The notes: generated from the letters alone by a model not told the origin. Shown: positions 9,422 to 20,612, counted from the first letter of the stretch. The stretch is 64,000 nucleotides of DNA from Nitrosopumilus sp. (GCA_965204345.1 OZ241981.1:480001-544000); one strand, 5' to 3'. A program made the numbers and translations.

Positions 9422-10921
9422 GTGCTAAAAAAACACAGAAAAATCTGGATTCACAAGCAAGATGAAAGCGTGGATCTAGAAAAATTTACAAAAAATGGCA
9501 GAAAGTTGCTAAACACGTTTCTGTCACTGGGACCAGTATACATAAAATTGGGACAGTGGCTTTCCTCCAGAGCAGACATACTTCCACAGCCATACATGAA
9601 AGAGCTGGAAAAATTACAGGACAACATTCCTGCTGCGCCATTTGAAAAAGTCAAACCCATCTTAGAAAGGGATTTGGGATCAGTTGAGGGGAAATTTGAT
9701 TTCTTTGATCATGATGCGCTGGCTGGCGCGTCACTGGGACAGGTGTATCGCGCCAAGATAAACAACAAGGAAGTGGTTGTTAAGGTAAAGCGTCCTGGAA
9801 TAGAAGAAAAAATAAAAGAAGACATAAAGGTTTTAGAGAAATTTTTGCCAATAGGCCTGAGATTTATTGATCCAAACCTGGGTTTTTCTGCAAAGTCAGT
9901 CATAGCACAGTTCATTGAATCAATTCATGAGGAGATAGACTATACTTTGGAGCTAGCTAACTTGAAAAAAATCAAGTGGAATTTAAGGGATAACGACAGG
10001 GTGATAATTCCCTCAGTTTATGAGGAATATTCTTCAAAAAACGTCATCACAATGGAGTATCTTCCGGGAATAAAAATCACGGACATTAAAGCCCTAGATG
10101 AGAAAAAATTTGACCGAAAAAAGCTGGTGCTAGAAATTTTTAATATCTTTTTTACAATGCTGCTTCGGGATCCCATATTTCATGCAGATCCCCATCCAGG
10201 CAATATTTCAGTGAGCAGGGAGGGCAAAATAATCCTATACGATTATGGAATGATTGGAAGATTGGACAAGGAGACTAGAATGCGTCTAATTAGGGTATAT
10301 CTAGGATTGATAGAAAAGGATCCGTCAAGGACAGTCAACGGCATGGAAGAACTCGGAATGTTAAAGCCCGGATTCAACAGGATTTTGATTGAAAAGGCCA
10401 TATCAATGTCAATACGAAGCATACATGGACAAAAGCCAGACGAGGTGGAAGTAAAATCATTTATGGAATTGGCAAACAAGACCATGGGGAGATTTCCATT
10501 TTTGCTGCCAAAGGAGCTGGCATCCTACCTAAGAATGGCCTCAATACTAGAAGGAATTTATGAAACACACAATATTGAGTTCAGGTTTGCCAAAGTCCTA
10601 AGAGCAATTTTAGAAAAAGAGAATCTGGTATTCAGGGCATATGTGCAAGAATTAAAACATTCATTTAACAGGATAACAGAGTCAGTTGATACTGCAATAT
10701 CGCTTGCACCGGAGCTAAAGAGGTTTTTGGATGACAGGCATTCCCTTGAGGAAACAACAAAAAAACGAAACCAGAATCTCCTGCTTTCAGGAAGCATTTT
10801 GTCCTCTGCTGTCTTTGTTGGCTCTGCAGTTTTGTTTTCTGCAAATGAGCTTGCAGGCACAATAGGGATGATAAGCTCAGGTGTAATAATGGGCATTTTT
10901 ATAAAGTTTACAAGAAATTAA
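9422..10921 (+). CDS. AarF/ABC1/UbiB family atypical kinase
   Basis: LGPVYIKLGQWLSSR, GASLGQVY, VVVKVKRP, FHADPHPGN and DYGM motifs. Confidence 0.93.
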   Translation: MLKKHRKIWIHKQDESVDLEKFTKNGRKLLNTFLSLGPVYIKLGQWLSSRADILPQPYMKELEKLQDNIPAAPFEKVKPILERDLGSVEGKFDFFDHDALAGASLGQVYRAKINNKEVVVKVKRPGIEEKIKEDIKVLEKFLPIGLRFIDPNLGFSAKSVIAQFIESIHEEIDYTLELANLKKIKWNLRDNDRVIIPSVYEEYSSKNVITMEYLPGIKITDIKALDEKKFDRKKLVLEIFNIFFTMLLRDPIFHADPHPGNISVSREGKIILYDYGMIGRLDKETRMRLIRVYLGLIEKDPSRTVNGMEELGMLKPGFNRILIEKAISMSIRSIHGQKPDEVEVKSFMELANKTMGRFPFLLPKELASYLRMASILEGIYETHNIEFRFAKVLRAILEKENLVFRAYVQELKHSFNRITESVDTAISLAPELKRFLDDRHSLEETTKKRNQNLLLSGSILSSAVFVGSAVLFSANELAGTIGMISSGVIMGIFIKFTRN

Positions 10922-11310
10922 TTGAGCAGGTTTTCAAATACGTGCAGCAGCAAAGTTGATTTTTTTTAGTCATGTTTACTGGCAAAACATTGCCCCAAGT
11001 ACGCCTCTAGTTTTTCTGGCCTTGATATTTTCAGCATCAAAACCGGCCAGACCGGATTTGACTTTGGGATTATCACCTGCCAATAAGCATCAAAGGCACA
11101 GGGATTCATTTGGTGACGTGTGCGACTTGTCATGCCTCTGAGGACATATCCCTTGCAAATTGCTCCAGGACTTTTATTTAACATGCAATGACAATACAGA
11201 CGGCATCTTCTTAAAGATGCTTTACTCTAATTTAAGATCAAAAGATGTGAAATGTCAAAACAGCCAGAGGCTTTAAAATACTTTAAGTATAATTAAAAAG
11301 AATCCCGTTT

Positions 11311-11607
11311 ATGGTTCATTTTTTAGCATGGTTTCTGGCAGGACTTGCAGCCCCTAAAGTGTATGAAAGACTAGCGCCGGAGGTAAAGGCTCAATGGAAG
11401 AAAAAGTATCCAATACATCACGGCGAGGCGGGAATTCTGATGGTGTTGGGGGGATCTGTTACAAAAAATCTGGGATTGGCAGCTTTTGGAGCAGGCCTGA
11501 TCATAGAAGATTGGAAGGATAGAAACGAATGGTTCAAAAAAACAGATTCAGAACAAGGCATTGAGGAATCTGCTTTTGATGATGATGATGATGATGATGA
11601 CAGTTAA
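11311..11607 (+). CDS. Small membrane protein with poly-Asp tail
   Basis: Hydrophobic segments, HHGE motif, (gat)n run at 11578-11600. Confidence 0.65.
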   Translation: MVHFLAWFLAGLAAPKVYERLAPEVKAQWKKKYPIHHGEAGILMVLGGSVTKNLGLAAFGAGLIIEDWKDRNEWFKKTDSEQGIEESAFDDDDDDDDS

Positions 11608-12150
11608 CTGCACAGCAAACCAAAAAGATCTCAAGAGAATTTAAAATGAAGAGAAGAAAAACAAATGTACAGCATGGCATTTTTTGACGAGTCCTGTACC
11701 GACTAATTGCGTATTTTGCAGGTATGTCTTTTAGCGTATGCATTATGGGACCCACATTACCAATAAAAGAAACGGTTAGACCAGATTGGTTTATTGCAGT
11801 TCCAACCATGACTGTAACATGGTTTTAGGAACAGGTCTTGTGATAAAATGAGATGCTCGTAGTTAAAGGGATAAAGACCAGACATTAGGATTTGCCAAAA
11901 GGAGTATTACATTACAGGTAAAGGCACCTGCTGATTTGTGTTTGGTACGTCTCTCAGAAAAAGGACTGACAGCAACAGTCTGGTATCAGGCTTGGCAGTC
12001 ACCATGTAGGCGTATCTGGGATATTTTTGGGATGAAAAAACAAAGAGAAATCAAAGTCAGAAGAAAAACCAGGCGGCCAGGTAATTTTTGAGACAGCCTA
12101 GTTATTTTAAAAGGATTATAACTTAATAACCAGACACCATATTCTAAAAA

Positions 12151-12681
12151 ATGCATCAGACAGAAGCAAGAAAGATACTCAAGGATGCCCCAATCATGTG
12201 GAGAAGAATCAACTCAATAGGCATGATTTTAGACTGTAATTCAACATACGCTGCAAAGCTAGGGTACATCAAGTCAGAGATACTTGGAAGGCCAATCTTT
12301 GAGCACGTACCAAAGGAGGCATGGAAGGACATGAATAACTCTCTAAAAAGATGGTTTGAGACAGGCAAGGTAACAGATAGAAAAATTACGTTCAAAAAGC
12401 AGACAGGTGAGACATTTCTAGGGCTTTTGCAGGCAACTAGCCTGTACGATGAGAACAGAAATCTGCTTGGAAGCAACACGGTAATTTTTGACTTGGAGCA
12501 GATGACAGGTGAAAAGATTAAGGAATGCCAGGAATTTTTTAAAAAATCAAACGAAAGATTGGATGAGATTAAAGAAAAAGACTATGATCAGCTAGATGCA
12601 AATTCAAAGCTAGAATATGATGGACTAGAAGAGATGTTTGAAATGCTATCTGCCATCAACCTGGAGCAATTAAAAAAATAA
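12151..12681 (+). CDS. Stand-alone PAS-domain protein
   Basis: ILDCN...LGY..SEILGR and KKQTGETF PAS/PAC pattern. Confidence 0.85.
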   Translation: MHQTEARKILKDAPIMWRRINSIGMILDCNSTYAAKLGYIKSEILGRPIFEHVPKEAWKDMNNSLKRWFETGKVTDRKITFKKQTGETFLGLLQATSLYDENRNLLGSNTVIFDLEQMTGEKIKECQEFFKKSNERLDEIKEKDYDQLDANSKLEYDGLEEMFEMLSAINLEQLKK

Positions 12682-14604
12682 TTATTCTGGATTTTCCTTG
12701 ATTGATTTTTGAAGTTCATCAAAGACTTGTTTGACCTCAGTTACAGCAGAACCGTCTTCTAGCGTACTGACATCACCGATTTGCTCACCATTGCCAATTG
12801 CTTTGAGCAGCCTGCGCATGATCTTGCCACTGCGGGTTTTGGGTAACTTGGAAACAAAACAGATTTGCTTGGGAGCTGCAATTGCACCTATGTCGATTCT
12901 GATTTTTTCAACAAGTTGTTTTTCTAAAATCACAGAATCAGCTGCAACTCCTTGTTTTAAGACCACAAATGCAATTATTGCCTCGCCCTTTACATCATCG
13001 GGGACCCCACATGCGGCAGATTCTGCAACATCAGGATGGGATACAATGCAACTTTCAAGTTCGGCAGTCCCAATTCTGTGACCGGCAACCTTTAGAACGT
13101 CATCTGCACGGCCTAGCATCCACAGATAGCCATCATCATCCTTTAAGGCATAGTCGCCCGGATAGTAGCAGTTTTGATATTTTGACCAGTAAACAGTCCT
13201 GTATTTTTGATCATCACCCCACAGTGTCAAAAGCATTCCGGGCCAGGGATTTCTGATTACCAGGTATCCCTTAGTGTTGGCACCGGCCTCATTTCCATTC
13301 TCATCGACAACGTCAATTTTTACACCTGGAATGGGGCGTGTCCCAGAACCGGGCTTTAGAGGAATTGTCTCAATGCCAGGCAGGGACGAAACTAAAATCC
13401 CGCCAGTTTCAGTCTGCCACCAGGTATCAATAACGGGACACTTTTCCTTTCCTATGGTTTTGAAATACCATTTCCATACTTTGGGATTTATCGGTTCCCC
13501 GACTGTCCCAAGCAGTCGTAGGGATGAAAGATCAAAGGAGTTTGGAGCATCATCGCCAAACTTCATAAACATTCTCAGTGCGGTAGGCGTGGTGTAAAAA
13601 ATTGTAACTTTGTATTTTTGTAAAATGTCCCACATCCGTGACGCATCAGGAAAGTCAGGGGCTCCCTCATACATCACTTGGGTTGCACCATGAAGTAACG
13701 GGGCATAAACGACATAGCTGTGGCCTGTAACCCAGCCAATATCAGCAGTGCAAAAAAAGATGTCAGTATCTCTAATATCAAATGCCCACCTGAATGTAGA
13801 ATGCAGATGTGTAAGGTATCCTCCGGTGCCATGCAAGACACCCTTTGGTTTTCCGGTGGTGCCCGAAGTATACAAAATGTAAAGGGGATGATCACTGGGC
13901 AGTTTTTCAGCAGCACACGAATCAAAAGCTTTCTCCATTAGTTTGCTCCAAAGTTTGTCTTTAGGGGAGGTGGAGAATTTTTGCTTTGTTCTCTCCAAGA
14001 CAACCACATGTTCTACAAAATCAAGGTCTGCAATTGCAGTATCCACAACATCCTTGAGCGGAATAATTTTCCCCCTCCTGTATCCGCCATCGGCAGTTAC
14101 AATTACTTTGGATTTTGAGTCCGATACCCTGTCTTTGATTGATGAGGCGCTAAATCCGGAGAAGATTACAGTGTGTATTGCGCCAATTCTGGCACATGCA
14201 AGCATTGCAATGGGCAGTTCGGGAACCATTGGGAGATAGATTGTAACCCTGTCTCCCTTTTGGACACCAAGTGATTTGAGGACATTGGAGAACTTTTGGA
14301 CCTCAGTGAACATCTGGCCATATGACACATTGCGGCATTCGCCGTTTTCTCCCTCCCACAGTATTGCAGGCCTGGAGGATTTTGATTGCTGATGAATGTC
14401 CAGTGCATTATGCGAGGCATTAATTGTGCCTCCAACAAACCATCTGGCAAAGGGGGGATTCCAATCAAGGGTCTTCTCCCAGGGGGAAAACCAGGACAGA
14501 TTCTTTGCCTGCCCATCCCAAAAGGATACAAAATCAGAATCGGCCTTTCTTCTTATGCTCTCATCGTGATTTCCAAGGCCGATTTTGTAGATTTCAGACA
14601 TCAA
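12682..14604 (-). CDS. acs: Acetyl-CoA synthetase (AMP-forming)
   Basis: YTSGTTGKPKG, DTWWQTETGG, GRADD and PKTRSGKIMRR motifs. Confidence 0.96.
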   Translation of the reverse strand: MMSEIYKIGLGNHDESIRRKADSDFVSFWDGQAKNLSWFSPWEKTLDWNPPFARWFVGGTINASHNALDIHQQSKSSRPAILWEGENGECRNVSYGQMFTEVQKFSNVLKSLGVQKGDRVTIYLPMVPELPIAMLACARIGAIHTVIFSGFSASSIKDRVSDSKSKVIVTADGGYRRGKIIPLKDVVDTAIADLDFVEHVVVLERTKQKFSTSPKDKLWSKLMEKAFDSCAAEKLPSDHPLYILYTSGTTGKPKGVLHGTGGYLTHLHSTFRWAFDIRDTDIFFCTADIGWVTGHSYVVYAPLLHGATQVMYEGAPDFPDASRMWDILQKYKVTIFYTTPTALRMFMKFGDDAPNSFDLSSLRLLGTVGEPINPKVWKWYFKTIGKEKCPVIDTWWQTETGGILVSSLPGIETIPLKPGSGTRPIPGVKIDVVDENGNEAGANTKGYLVIRNPWPGMLLTLWGDDQKYRTVYWSKYQNCYYPGDYALKDDDGYLWMLGRADDVLKVAGHRIGTAELESCIVSHPDVAESAACGVPDDVKGEAIIAFVVLKQGVAADSVILEKQLVEKIRIDIGAIAAPKQICFVSKLPKTRSGKIMRRLLKAIGNGEQIGDVSTLEDGSAVTEVKQVFDELQKSIKENPE

Positions 14605-14659
14605 AAAAGTTTATGAGGATAGATCCTTCTAAGTGTTTAAAAAAAATAATTTAAAAAAA

Positions 14660-15538
14660 TTATTGTGCTTCCATTCTAGCAAGCCAGTCATTATCATTAT
14701 CATCTTTTGAGGTCTCTGCTGTCACCTGTTGGGGTGGTTCTGGAAATGCAAATGTTACCTCAGATTCAGTTGGAGGCTCTGGTATTGGGGTACTTGGCGC
14801 CTCTATTGGCCCTGAAGGTATTGCTGCTGATTGGACTGGAACTTCTGGAAGTATTGTCTGAACTGCCTGTTGCGGTTCAGAAGTCTCCAGGTATGTAACG
14901 GCTGATTCTTGGATGTCCGGTGTTGGGGGGGCTGTTATCTCTTGCACTTCTAGTTCAAGATCTGCAATTCTGGTCTTTACATTTGCAATTTCTGCTGTTT
15001 CGTGAGTTATATGCTCAATTACCTCAGTTGTGCATGACTTTACAGTCTCAAATGTTGGATCAGAGATTTCGTTGCTTTTGAACTGTACTTTTGCATCAAA
15101 CGATAGCATCTTTGCAGACTTCATCTGATCATCTAACTCAGCCAGTCTTGCCTCAAGCACAGCCTTGATTTGGCTTTCTGTCTCATCTAATAATACAAGC
15201 TTTGACTTGTATTTTTCATGAATGATTTGTGCATCTGCCTTCATGTCATCATTTTCTGAAACAATATCAATCAGTGCCTTTAGACGGCGTAGAGTTAGCT
15301 GTTTTTCACGAATGAGCCTTTGGGAGTCGAGTCTCCATTTTGGAATGAATATAACAACTTCGCCTTGAACCACCAGTTGCTCATATTGGATTTGCTGTAA
15401 TCCCTGAGAACCGCAGTCAATGCCGACAGACTGTATGCTGCCATCGATGTCAGTCATTGTTCCTACAACCTTACCCATGAATGTTCCGTACATGTCCTTG
15501 ACGTTTTTACCGATTATTTCGATATCGTCTTGGGTCAT
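14660..15538 (-). CDS. cdvA: Cell division protein CdvA
   Basis: IGKNVKDMYG PRC-barrel N-terminus, coiled coil, Pro/Glu-rich tail. Confidence 0.88.
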   Translation of the reverse strand: MTQDDIEIIGKNVKDMYGTFMGKVVGTMTDIDGSIQSVGIDCGSQGLQQIQYEQLVVQGEVVIFIPKWRLDSQRLIREKQLTLRRLKALIDIVSENDDMKADAQIIHEKYKSKLVLLDETESQIKAVLEARLAELDDQMKSAKMLSFDAKVQFKSNEISDPTFETVKSCTTEVIEHITHETAEIANVKTRIADLELEVQEITAPPTPDIQESAVTYLETSEPQQAVQTILPEVPVQSAAIPSGPIEAPSTPIPEPPTESEVTFAFPEPPQQVTAETSKDDNDNDWLARMEAQ

Positions 15539-15671
15539 GTGAGTTAGTTTAGAGATTTGTATAACCAACAAAGTGTAAGAAATGTTTTTAGTTTTAGTAA
15601 GATAAAATTCACAAACTCAAGACAGGTCAATTTTCAGTAATTTTAAAATCTAGAGACAAAATAACAGGCTC

Positions 15672-15965
15672 ATGATTCAAAAAGAGGAACTAGAGCAAAT
15701 TTTGAATTTTGTCGCAAGCAGGTGGACCGGAGCCACAAAGGATCCAAACAACAGGGCAATGGATACTCTGCCAAATGACTTTTGGATGAACTCAATTGGA
15801 GGAAAGACTGCCAAAAAGGGATTCTGGGTTACAACCCTAATGTATACAGAAAATGAAGAGGATGCCGAATCCTTCAAGCAGGTACTGCTAAGATGGCAGG
15901 CAAAAGGCCAAGACAAAGACAGAGACAAAGGTCCCGATCTAATTCAAATTGGAAAAAAGAAATAG
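15672..15965 (+). CDS. Hypothetical protein
   Basis: 97-aa ORF co-oriented with thyX. Confidence 0.65.
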   Translation: MIQKEELEQILNFVASRWTGATKDPNNRAMDTLPNDFWMNSIGGKTAKKGFWVTTLMYTENEEDAESFKQVLLRWQAKGQDKDRDKGPDLIQIGKKK

Positions 15966-15997
15966 AGTATTAATAATTGTGAGCTGACATAACGGTA

Positions 15998-17617
15998 TTG
16001 TCAGAATTCTCAATTAATGAAAAAAAAATTCTATCCAAACATTTTTCAAATACGGAAGGGAATGTCTTTGCAATAACTACTCCGCGACAAGTTGATCGCG
16101 GTGCGTTAATGTCAAGATACAGCAGAACAGATAAGAGCATGAGAAGAGTCTTCCTAGATGAATTCTTAAAAAACAGAAACAGGGGGGAGGAATTTTACAA
16201 CAGGGTGCTTTTAGAATACGGGGATGATTCTGTTGCAGAGTTGGGTGAAGCCCAGATTGCAATAGAGGGACTCTCAAACATTGCAGTCAAAAAAATTGAA
16301 GACAGGCGAATTGGCCTGTCATACTTGGAAAAATCATCAAGGTATGTAGTATGGAACAAGAAGGAAAAAGGGAAATACAGGTTTTACAGGGAACCCAAAA
16401 TTATGGAATCGCGGTTTGCAGACATTTATGAGGAGAGCTGTAACTTTTCATTTGATGTTTATTCAGAAAACATAGAGCCGATGATAAGATATGTTAGGGA
16501 AAAATATCCAATAGAAAAATATAGTTTTAAGAATTCCAGGGACGGAGAGGAAAAATTATTCTCTAAGCTAAGAGACGAGTCAGACATAAAGTCAGCAGAG
16601 ATGATTTACAAGGGCTCAACAAAGGCAAAGGCACTTGACATACTGAGGGGATTATTACCTGCATCAACTTTAACAAATGTTGGCATTACAGGAAACGGAC
16701 GCGCATTTGAATATCTTTTAACAGTTTTAGGCTCGTCTGAGCTAAAAGAAGAGCAGGATTTAGCCTCAAAAATCAAAAAAGAGCTTGACACGACGATCAA
16801 GTCATTTGTCAGAAGGGCAGATGACAGGTATGGCAAAGCATTTCAAAAATATCTCAAAGACATCAGAAATAAATCCAAGGCAATTGCTGCAAAAGAAATA
16901 AGACCGGACCCAAGAGAGGGGACGATTACAAAACTTGTAAGGTACGAATCAGAAAGAGATGCAATAGATACGATCATCACAGGTATAATGTATGAGCAGT
17001 CACCGGGTACGTCATATCAGAATATTTTCAGGCAGGTAAAAGGATTGCCTAGGGAGAGAAAGACTAAGATCATAGATGAATTTGCAAGGATTCGCACAAA
17101 CAGGCGCCACAGGCCGCCAAGGGCATTTGAAAACGTGTATTACACCTTTGACTTGTCCAATAATTTTGGAATGTTCAGGGACTTTCACAGGCACAGGGCA
17201 CTGACACTAGAAAGACAGATGCTTACAACGGATCACGGGTATGGCATGCCAGATGAAATAAAGATTTTGGGCATTCAGAGGGATTTCAAGGATTGCATGA
17301 ACAAAACAAAAGAGGCGTTTGAAAAAATTAGAACCAGATTTCCAGAGCAGGGGCAGTACGTAGTAAACTTTGGATACAACTATCCGTACTTTATGAAGTT
17401 TAATCTAAGGGAGGCCTGCCATCTAATTGAGCTGAGAACGGTTCCGCAGGGACATGCAGATTACAGAAGGGTTGCACAGCAAATGTTCAGACAAATTAAC
17501 AGGGTTCATCCAAATCTTAGTAAAATTATAAAGTATGCAGATATGAAGGAATATGATTTGGAAAGATTTGAATCAGAGAAAAGAACAGAAGAAAAGAGAA
17601 AAGATTTGAAAAAATAA
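15998..17617 (+). CDS. thyX: FAD-dependent thymidylate synthase (two-domain ThyX)
   Basis: [21 protein letters not shown] and HLIELR motifs. Confidence 0.92.
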   Translation: MSEFSINEKKILSKHFSNTEGNVFAITTPRQVDRGALMSRYSRTDKSMRRVFLDEFLKNRNRGEEFYNRVLLEYGDDSVAELGEAQIAIEGLSNIAVKKIEDRRIGLSYLEKSSRYVVWNKKEKGKYRFYREPKIMESRFADIYEESCNFSFDVYSENIEPMIRYVREKYPIEKYSFKNSRDGEEKLFSKLRDESDIKSAEMIYKGSTKAKALDILRGLLPASTLTNVGITGNGRAFEYLLTVLGSSELKEEQDLASKIKKELDTTIKSFVRRADDRYGKAFQKYLKDIRNKSKAIAAKEIRPDPREGTITKLVRYESERDAIDTIITGIMYEQSPGTSYQNIFRQVKGLPRERKTKIIDEFARIRTNRRHRPPRAFENVYYTFDLSNNFGMFRDFHRHRALTLERQMLTTDHGYGMPDEIKILGIQRDFKDCMNKTKEAFEKIRTRFPEQGQYVVNFGYNYPYFMKFNLREACHLIELRTVPQGHADYRRVAQQMFRQINRVHPNLSKIIKYADMKEYDLERFESEKRTEEKRKDLKK

Positions 17618-17620
17618 AGA

Positions 17621-18040
17621 GTGAATCAAATGAAAGAAAGAATAGAAAAGACACAGGAGGAATGGAAGGAGCAGTTAACCCCGGATCAGTATGAAATATG
17701 TATCAATCACGGAACAGAGCCGCCATTTTCAGGCAAATACAACAGCACAAAATTGGAGGGAGCATTCAGATGCACGTGCTGCGGTGAGAAGCTCTTCTCA
17801 TCAGATGCAAAGTTTGATTCAGGCTCAGGCTGGCCAAGCTTTTGGGAGCCAATCTCTGAGGAAAAAATAGAGTATGTCTCAGACACAACACATGGAATGG
17901 TTCGCACAGAGGTAAACTGCAACAGATGCGGGGCGCATTTGGGACATGTATTTGATGACGGCCCAAAGCCGACAAATCAGAGGTACTGCATCAATTCTGT
18001 CTCACTGCAGCATGAGAAGGATGACAAAAGACAAGAATAA
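17621..18040 (+). CDS. msrB: Peptide methionine sulfoxide reductase B
   Basis: GTEPPF, SGSGWPSF, HLGHVF and RYCINS motifs. Confidence 0.97.
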   Translation: MNQMKERIEKTQEEWKEQLTPDQYEICINHGTEPPFSGKYNSTKLEGAFRCTCCGEKLFSSDAKFDSGSGWPSFWEPISEEKIEYVSDTTHGMVRTEVNCNRCGAHLGHVFDDGPKPTNQRYCINSVSLQHEKDDKRQE

Positions 18041-18057
18041 ACTCAGAAAAGGCTCTC

Positions 18058-18345
18058 TTAACTTGCCGGGTGTTTGATTCCGGATCTTCCTGATGTTAGA
18101 TGGCCTGAATTTAGATTGTTTGAGGCATTGCCAGCCTTGATATACATGCCTTTGGATATGTGTATTATTTTTCCTGTTTTTGTCATCTTGTGGATGATGC
18201 CCCTTATCGAGTGTTTTGTAATGTCTCCTTTATCTTCAAATCCGCACTCAACTACGTATTTGTAAATTTCTTTCAGACTCTTTTTTTCATTTGATTCAAA
18301 AATATCATCTATTGCACGCCCCATCGTATTTTGTTTTTTCTTCAT
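18058..18345 (-). CDS. Small winged-HTH-like protein at the end of the RM operon
   Basis: SLKEIY...HSIRG.I......GMY pattern; its ATG overlaps the restored REase stop (ATGA). Confidence 0.55.
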   Translation of the reverse strand: MKKKQNTMGRAIDDIFESNEKKSLKEIYKYVVECGFEDKGDITKHSIRGIIHKMTKTGKIIHISKGMYIKAGNASNNLNSGHLTSGRSGIKHPAS

Positions 18346-19071
18346 AGCAGCAGAACCTCCTTAGGCGAAAACTTGAACTGTAGCATCTGTGCTGTCTGGC
18401 CACACCCCATTGCCTCCCTTTCTCTGAACCGTTATTTTGCCCAGTTTTAGATTGCCTCTTTTTGTAATTTTTGTCAATCCCCCATAATGATTGATTACAT
18501 TTTCTATCTTGGTTATTGCCAAATGTTTTATCCCATTGTCGTTCTTCTTGACCACAGGCATATAATCTGCTTTTGGCTCTGTATTTCCTCTTAATACATC
18601 ATGAATGATTCTAGACTTGTTTTTGCCAAAGAAATTCAGGATTTTCTTCTGTTCATCAAGTGTCAATTCCGTAAGAAAATAGCGTCTCTGATCTTTTACT
18701 TGTGGGATTGGATTCTCATCACTTGGCCTGTATCCCTCTTGTCCACAGTATTTTTTTAAAATGACAGCCACATCTTTTGGAATACTCTACATTTTTTGAT
18801 ATGTGTCTGCCTTTCGCTTGTCTATCTGGCTAAAACGGATGGTGAGCTTTTTTATGGATATCCCTATCTGATTGCCTCCATTGACTATTAGAAGAGCATC
18901 TGCCTTTCCATTCATGCCCAGTGAACGTGTAGTGCTTGCCTTGAGAGTCCTTATTTTGGAGTATCCCATTACAGAAAGCCATTTCTTTGCAGTTATACTG
19001 TTACTCCAATTCTGAAACTCATCTACAACTTGATCTTCGGTTGCAAAACCACTTTTGGCAGTTTCAGACAT
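18342..19071 (-). pseudogene. Type II restriction endonuclease, HinP1I-like, inactivated
   Basis: TAKSGF..E, KAD, QIDKR and QRKGG motifs. In-frame TAG at 18787-18789 (YQKM*SIPKD). A frameshift in a G run near 18405 hides the C-terminus GQTAQMLQFKFSP. Confidence 0.8.
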
Positions 19072-20002
19072 GATTCATCAGATGGGTTTGTGGTACATTA
19101 TAGTTTATGGCAATTATTTCCCTGCTTTTATCTTTCTGTGTAAAATACTGTAATGACCTGTTTAATGTGATTTTAAATACCCTATACATTGAAGACAGTC
19201 TCAGATAATCTGGCTGGTTTTGCTCTGAAATCATCACCTTGTTTGACTTTTGGATGTTTTTTACAAATTTCATAAAATCATCTAGTTCTACTACTGCATT
19301 ATAGTGGCCGTTGGCGTTGTTCATGTATGGCGGGTCAAGATACACAAAGCCGTTGCAGACATCCGCATAACTTGTAAAATCCTTGTTTGTTATTTTGAGA
19401 TGTTTTATTGTATTGCTTAGAAATCGTATTGTCTCCCTCTTTATTTGAGGACAGTTTGCGTTTTTTCTCATTGGACAGTTAAACTTGTTTTTTGAATTGA
19501 ATCTAATCTTTCCAGAAAAGGCATTTTTAGCAAGATAGAAAAACCTGCCAGCTCCCAGTGAACCGTCCTCCAGATCCAAATTCCTTACATGCAGATAATA
19601 ATCAGGGCTTGATTTTTTGTAATGTCGTTGGTACTGGTCAAAAAGATCATCGGGGTTTTTTCTTAGGGATTTTACAAAGTTTGTAATTACTGGATTATGA
19701 TCATTATACACGATATTTTTTGAACCAAACCTGTTGCAGGCATAAAATGTAAATCCACATCCGCCCCCAAAAACATCATAAATTTTTTCGCCATAATTAT
19801 CAGGAATCAACGAATCAAAGATATGTGCAAATCCTGATTTGCATCCCACATACGGAATTATCTTTAGGGGTGCTTTGTGCTGTCTTCCAACATCAAAACG
19901 TTGTGGCATCCACATGCTTTTTTCAGGCCTCTTATCAGTTTGAACGCAGTGTATTCCAACATCAAAACGTTGTGGCATCCACATACCTCCCCAATTTTGC
20001 AT
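19064..20002 (-). CDS. DNA adenine methyltransferase, D12/Dam class
   Basis: PYVGCKS, DVFGGG, ND.N and YLDPPY motifs. Confidence 0.9.
   Translation of the reverse strand: MQNWGGMWMPQRFDVGIHCVQTDKRPEKSMWMPQRFDVGRQHKAPLKIIPYVGCKSGFAHIFDSLIPDNYGEKIYDVFGGGCGFTFYACNRFGSKNIVYNDHNPVITNFVKSLRKNPDDLFDQYQRHYKKSSPDYYLHVRNLDLEDGSLGAGRFFYLAKNAFSGKIRFNSKNKFNCPMRKNANCPQIKRETIRFLSNTIKHLKITNKDFTSYADVCNGFVYLDPPYMNNANGHYNAVVELDDFMKFVKNIQKSNKVMISEQNQPDYLRLSSMYRVFKITLNRSLQYFTQKDKSREIIAINYNVPQTHLMNHV
19881..19986. repeat. 31-bp perfect (37 bp with 2 mismatches) direct repeat pair, period 69, in the MTase 5' end
   Basis: ttccaacatcaaaacgttgtggcatccacat at 19885-19915 and 19954-19984; gives a duplicated MWMPQRFDVG. 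Confidence 0.95.
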
Positions 20003-20030
20003 CTTTTACGTCTTTAATCAAAAGATCGAA

Positions 20031-20225
20031 TCACTCTCTTACTAGTTCCAAGACAATCTGCTCTGTCTTGACATCCAGTGTCCATTTTATCCTGTGATCA
20101 GTAGTAATTTCTAACATCTCTGCAATGTCCCTGGGAATTGTACAGTGTACCGTCTGATTCTTGTTTGCAATTACAACGTTTGAGTATTTTATCAGATTTT
20201 TTACACTGTTCAAAACTCCGAACAT
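20031..20225 (-). CDS. AbrB/SpoVT-like transcription regulator
   Basis: TIPRDIAEMLEI...D.I.W motif, directly upstream of the MTase. Confidence 0.7.
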   Translation of the reverse strand: MFGVLNSVKNLIKYSNVVIANKNQTVHCTIPRDIAEMLEITTDHRIKWTLDVKTEQIVLELVRE

Positions 20226-20264
20226 TTGCCTCTAGTATCCAATTCGGGACATGGAATCAACATT

Positions 20265-20525
20265 CTAATCCAAAAGATGGCCTTGGGGATATTCCTTAAT
20301 CAAGTCTTGCATGACCCATACTGCCTCATTTCTGATGGACTCGTCTGGATGCACGATAAATTTTTTGCAAAATTCCAGCCTGTCCTCGCCTGAGAGTGTC
20401 TGTGCATATCTCTGATCTATTTTGGAATGTGATATGGAATCAAATTTGGATGAGGTATCTTTTATGACAGTTATCTTGTTTTGGTCAACAACCATACATC
20501 TGCCCGGTGCAAACTTTTCAGCCAT
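20265..20525 (-). CDS. Hypothetical protein
   Basis: 86-aa ORF with a HEAT-like tail (HPDESIRNEAVW). Confidence 0.5.
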   Translation of the reverse strand: MAEKFAPGRCMVVDQNKITVIKDTSSKFDSISHSKIDQRYAQTLSGEDRLEFCKKFIVHPDESIRNEAVWVMQDLIKEYPQGHLLD

Positions 20526-20557
20526 GTAAAATAAACTGCCACAAATACAATTTAATG

Positions 20558-20612
20558 GATTTGGTATATTTGGTTATCTGATAACTGGAATTTGACAATT
20601 TATTGCCAGGGT
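20558..20612. mobile_element. Degenerate partial MITE-like copy
   Basis: gatttggtatatttggttatctgataactggaatttgacaatttattgccag aligns with the reverse complement of 22160-22214. Confidence 0.6.

Noticed and set aside
11578-11600. (gat)n run; also the triplet runs at 54735-54762
   Set aside because: In-frame triplet microsatellites that only alter poly-Asp or poly-Thr/Ala tails.
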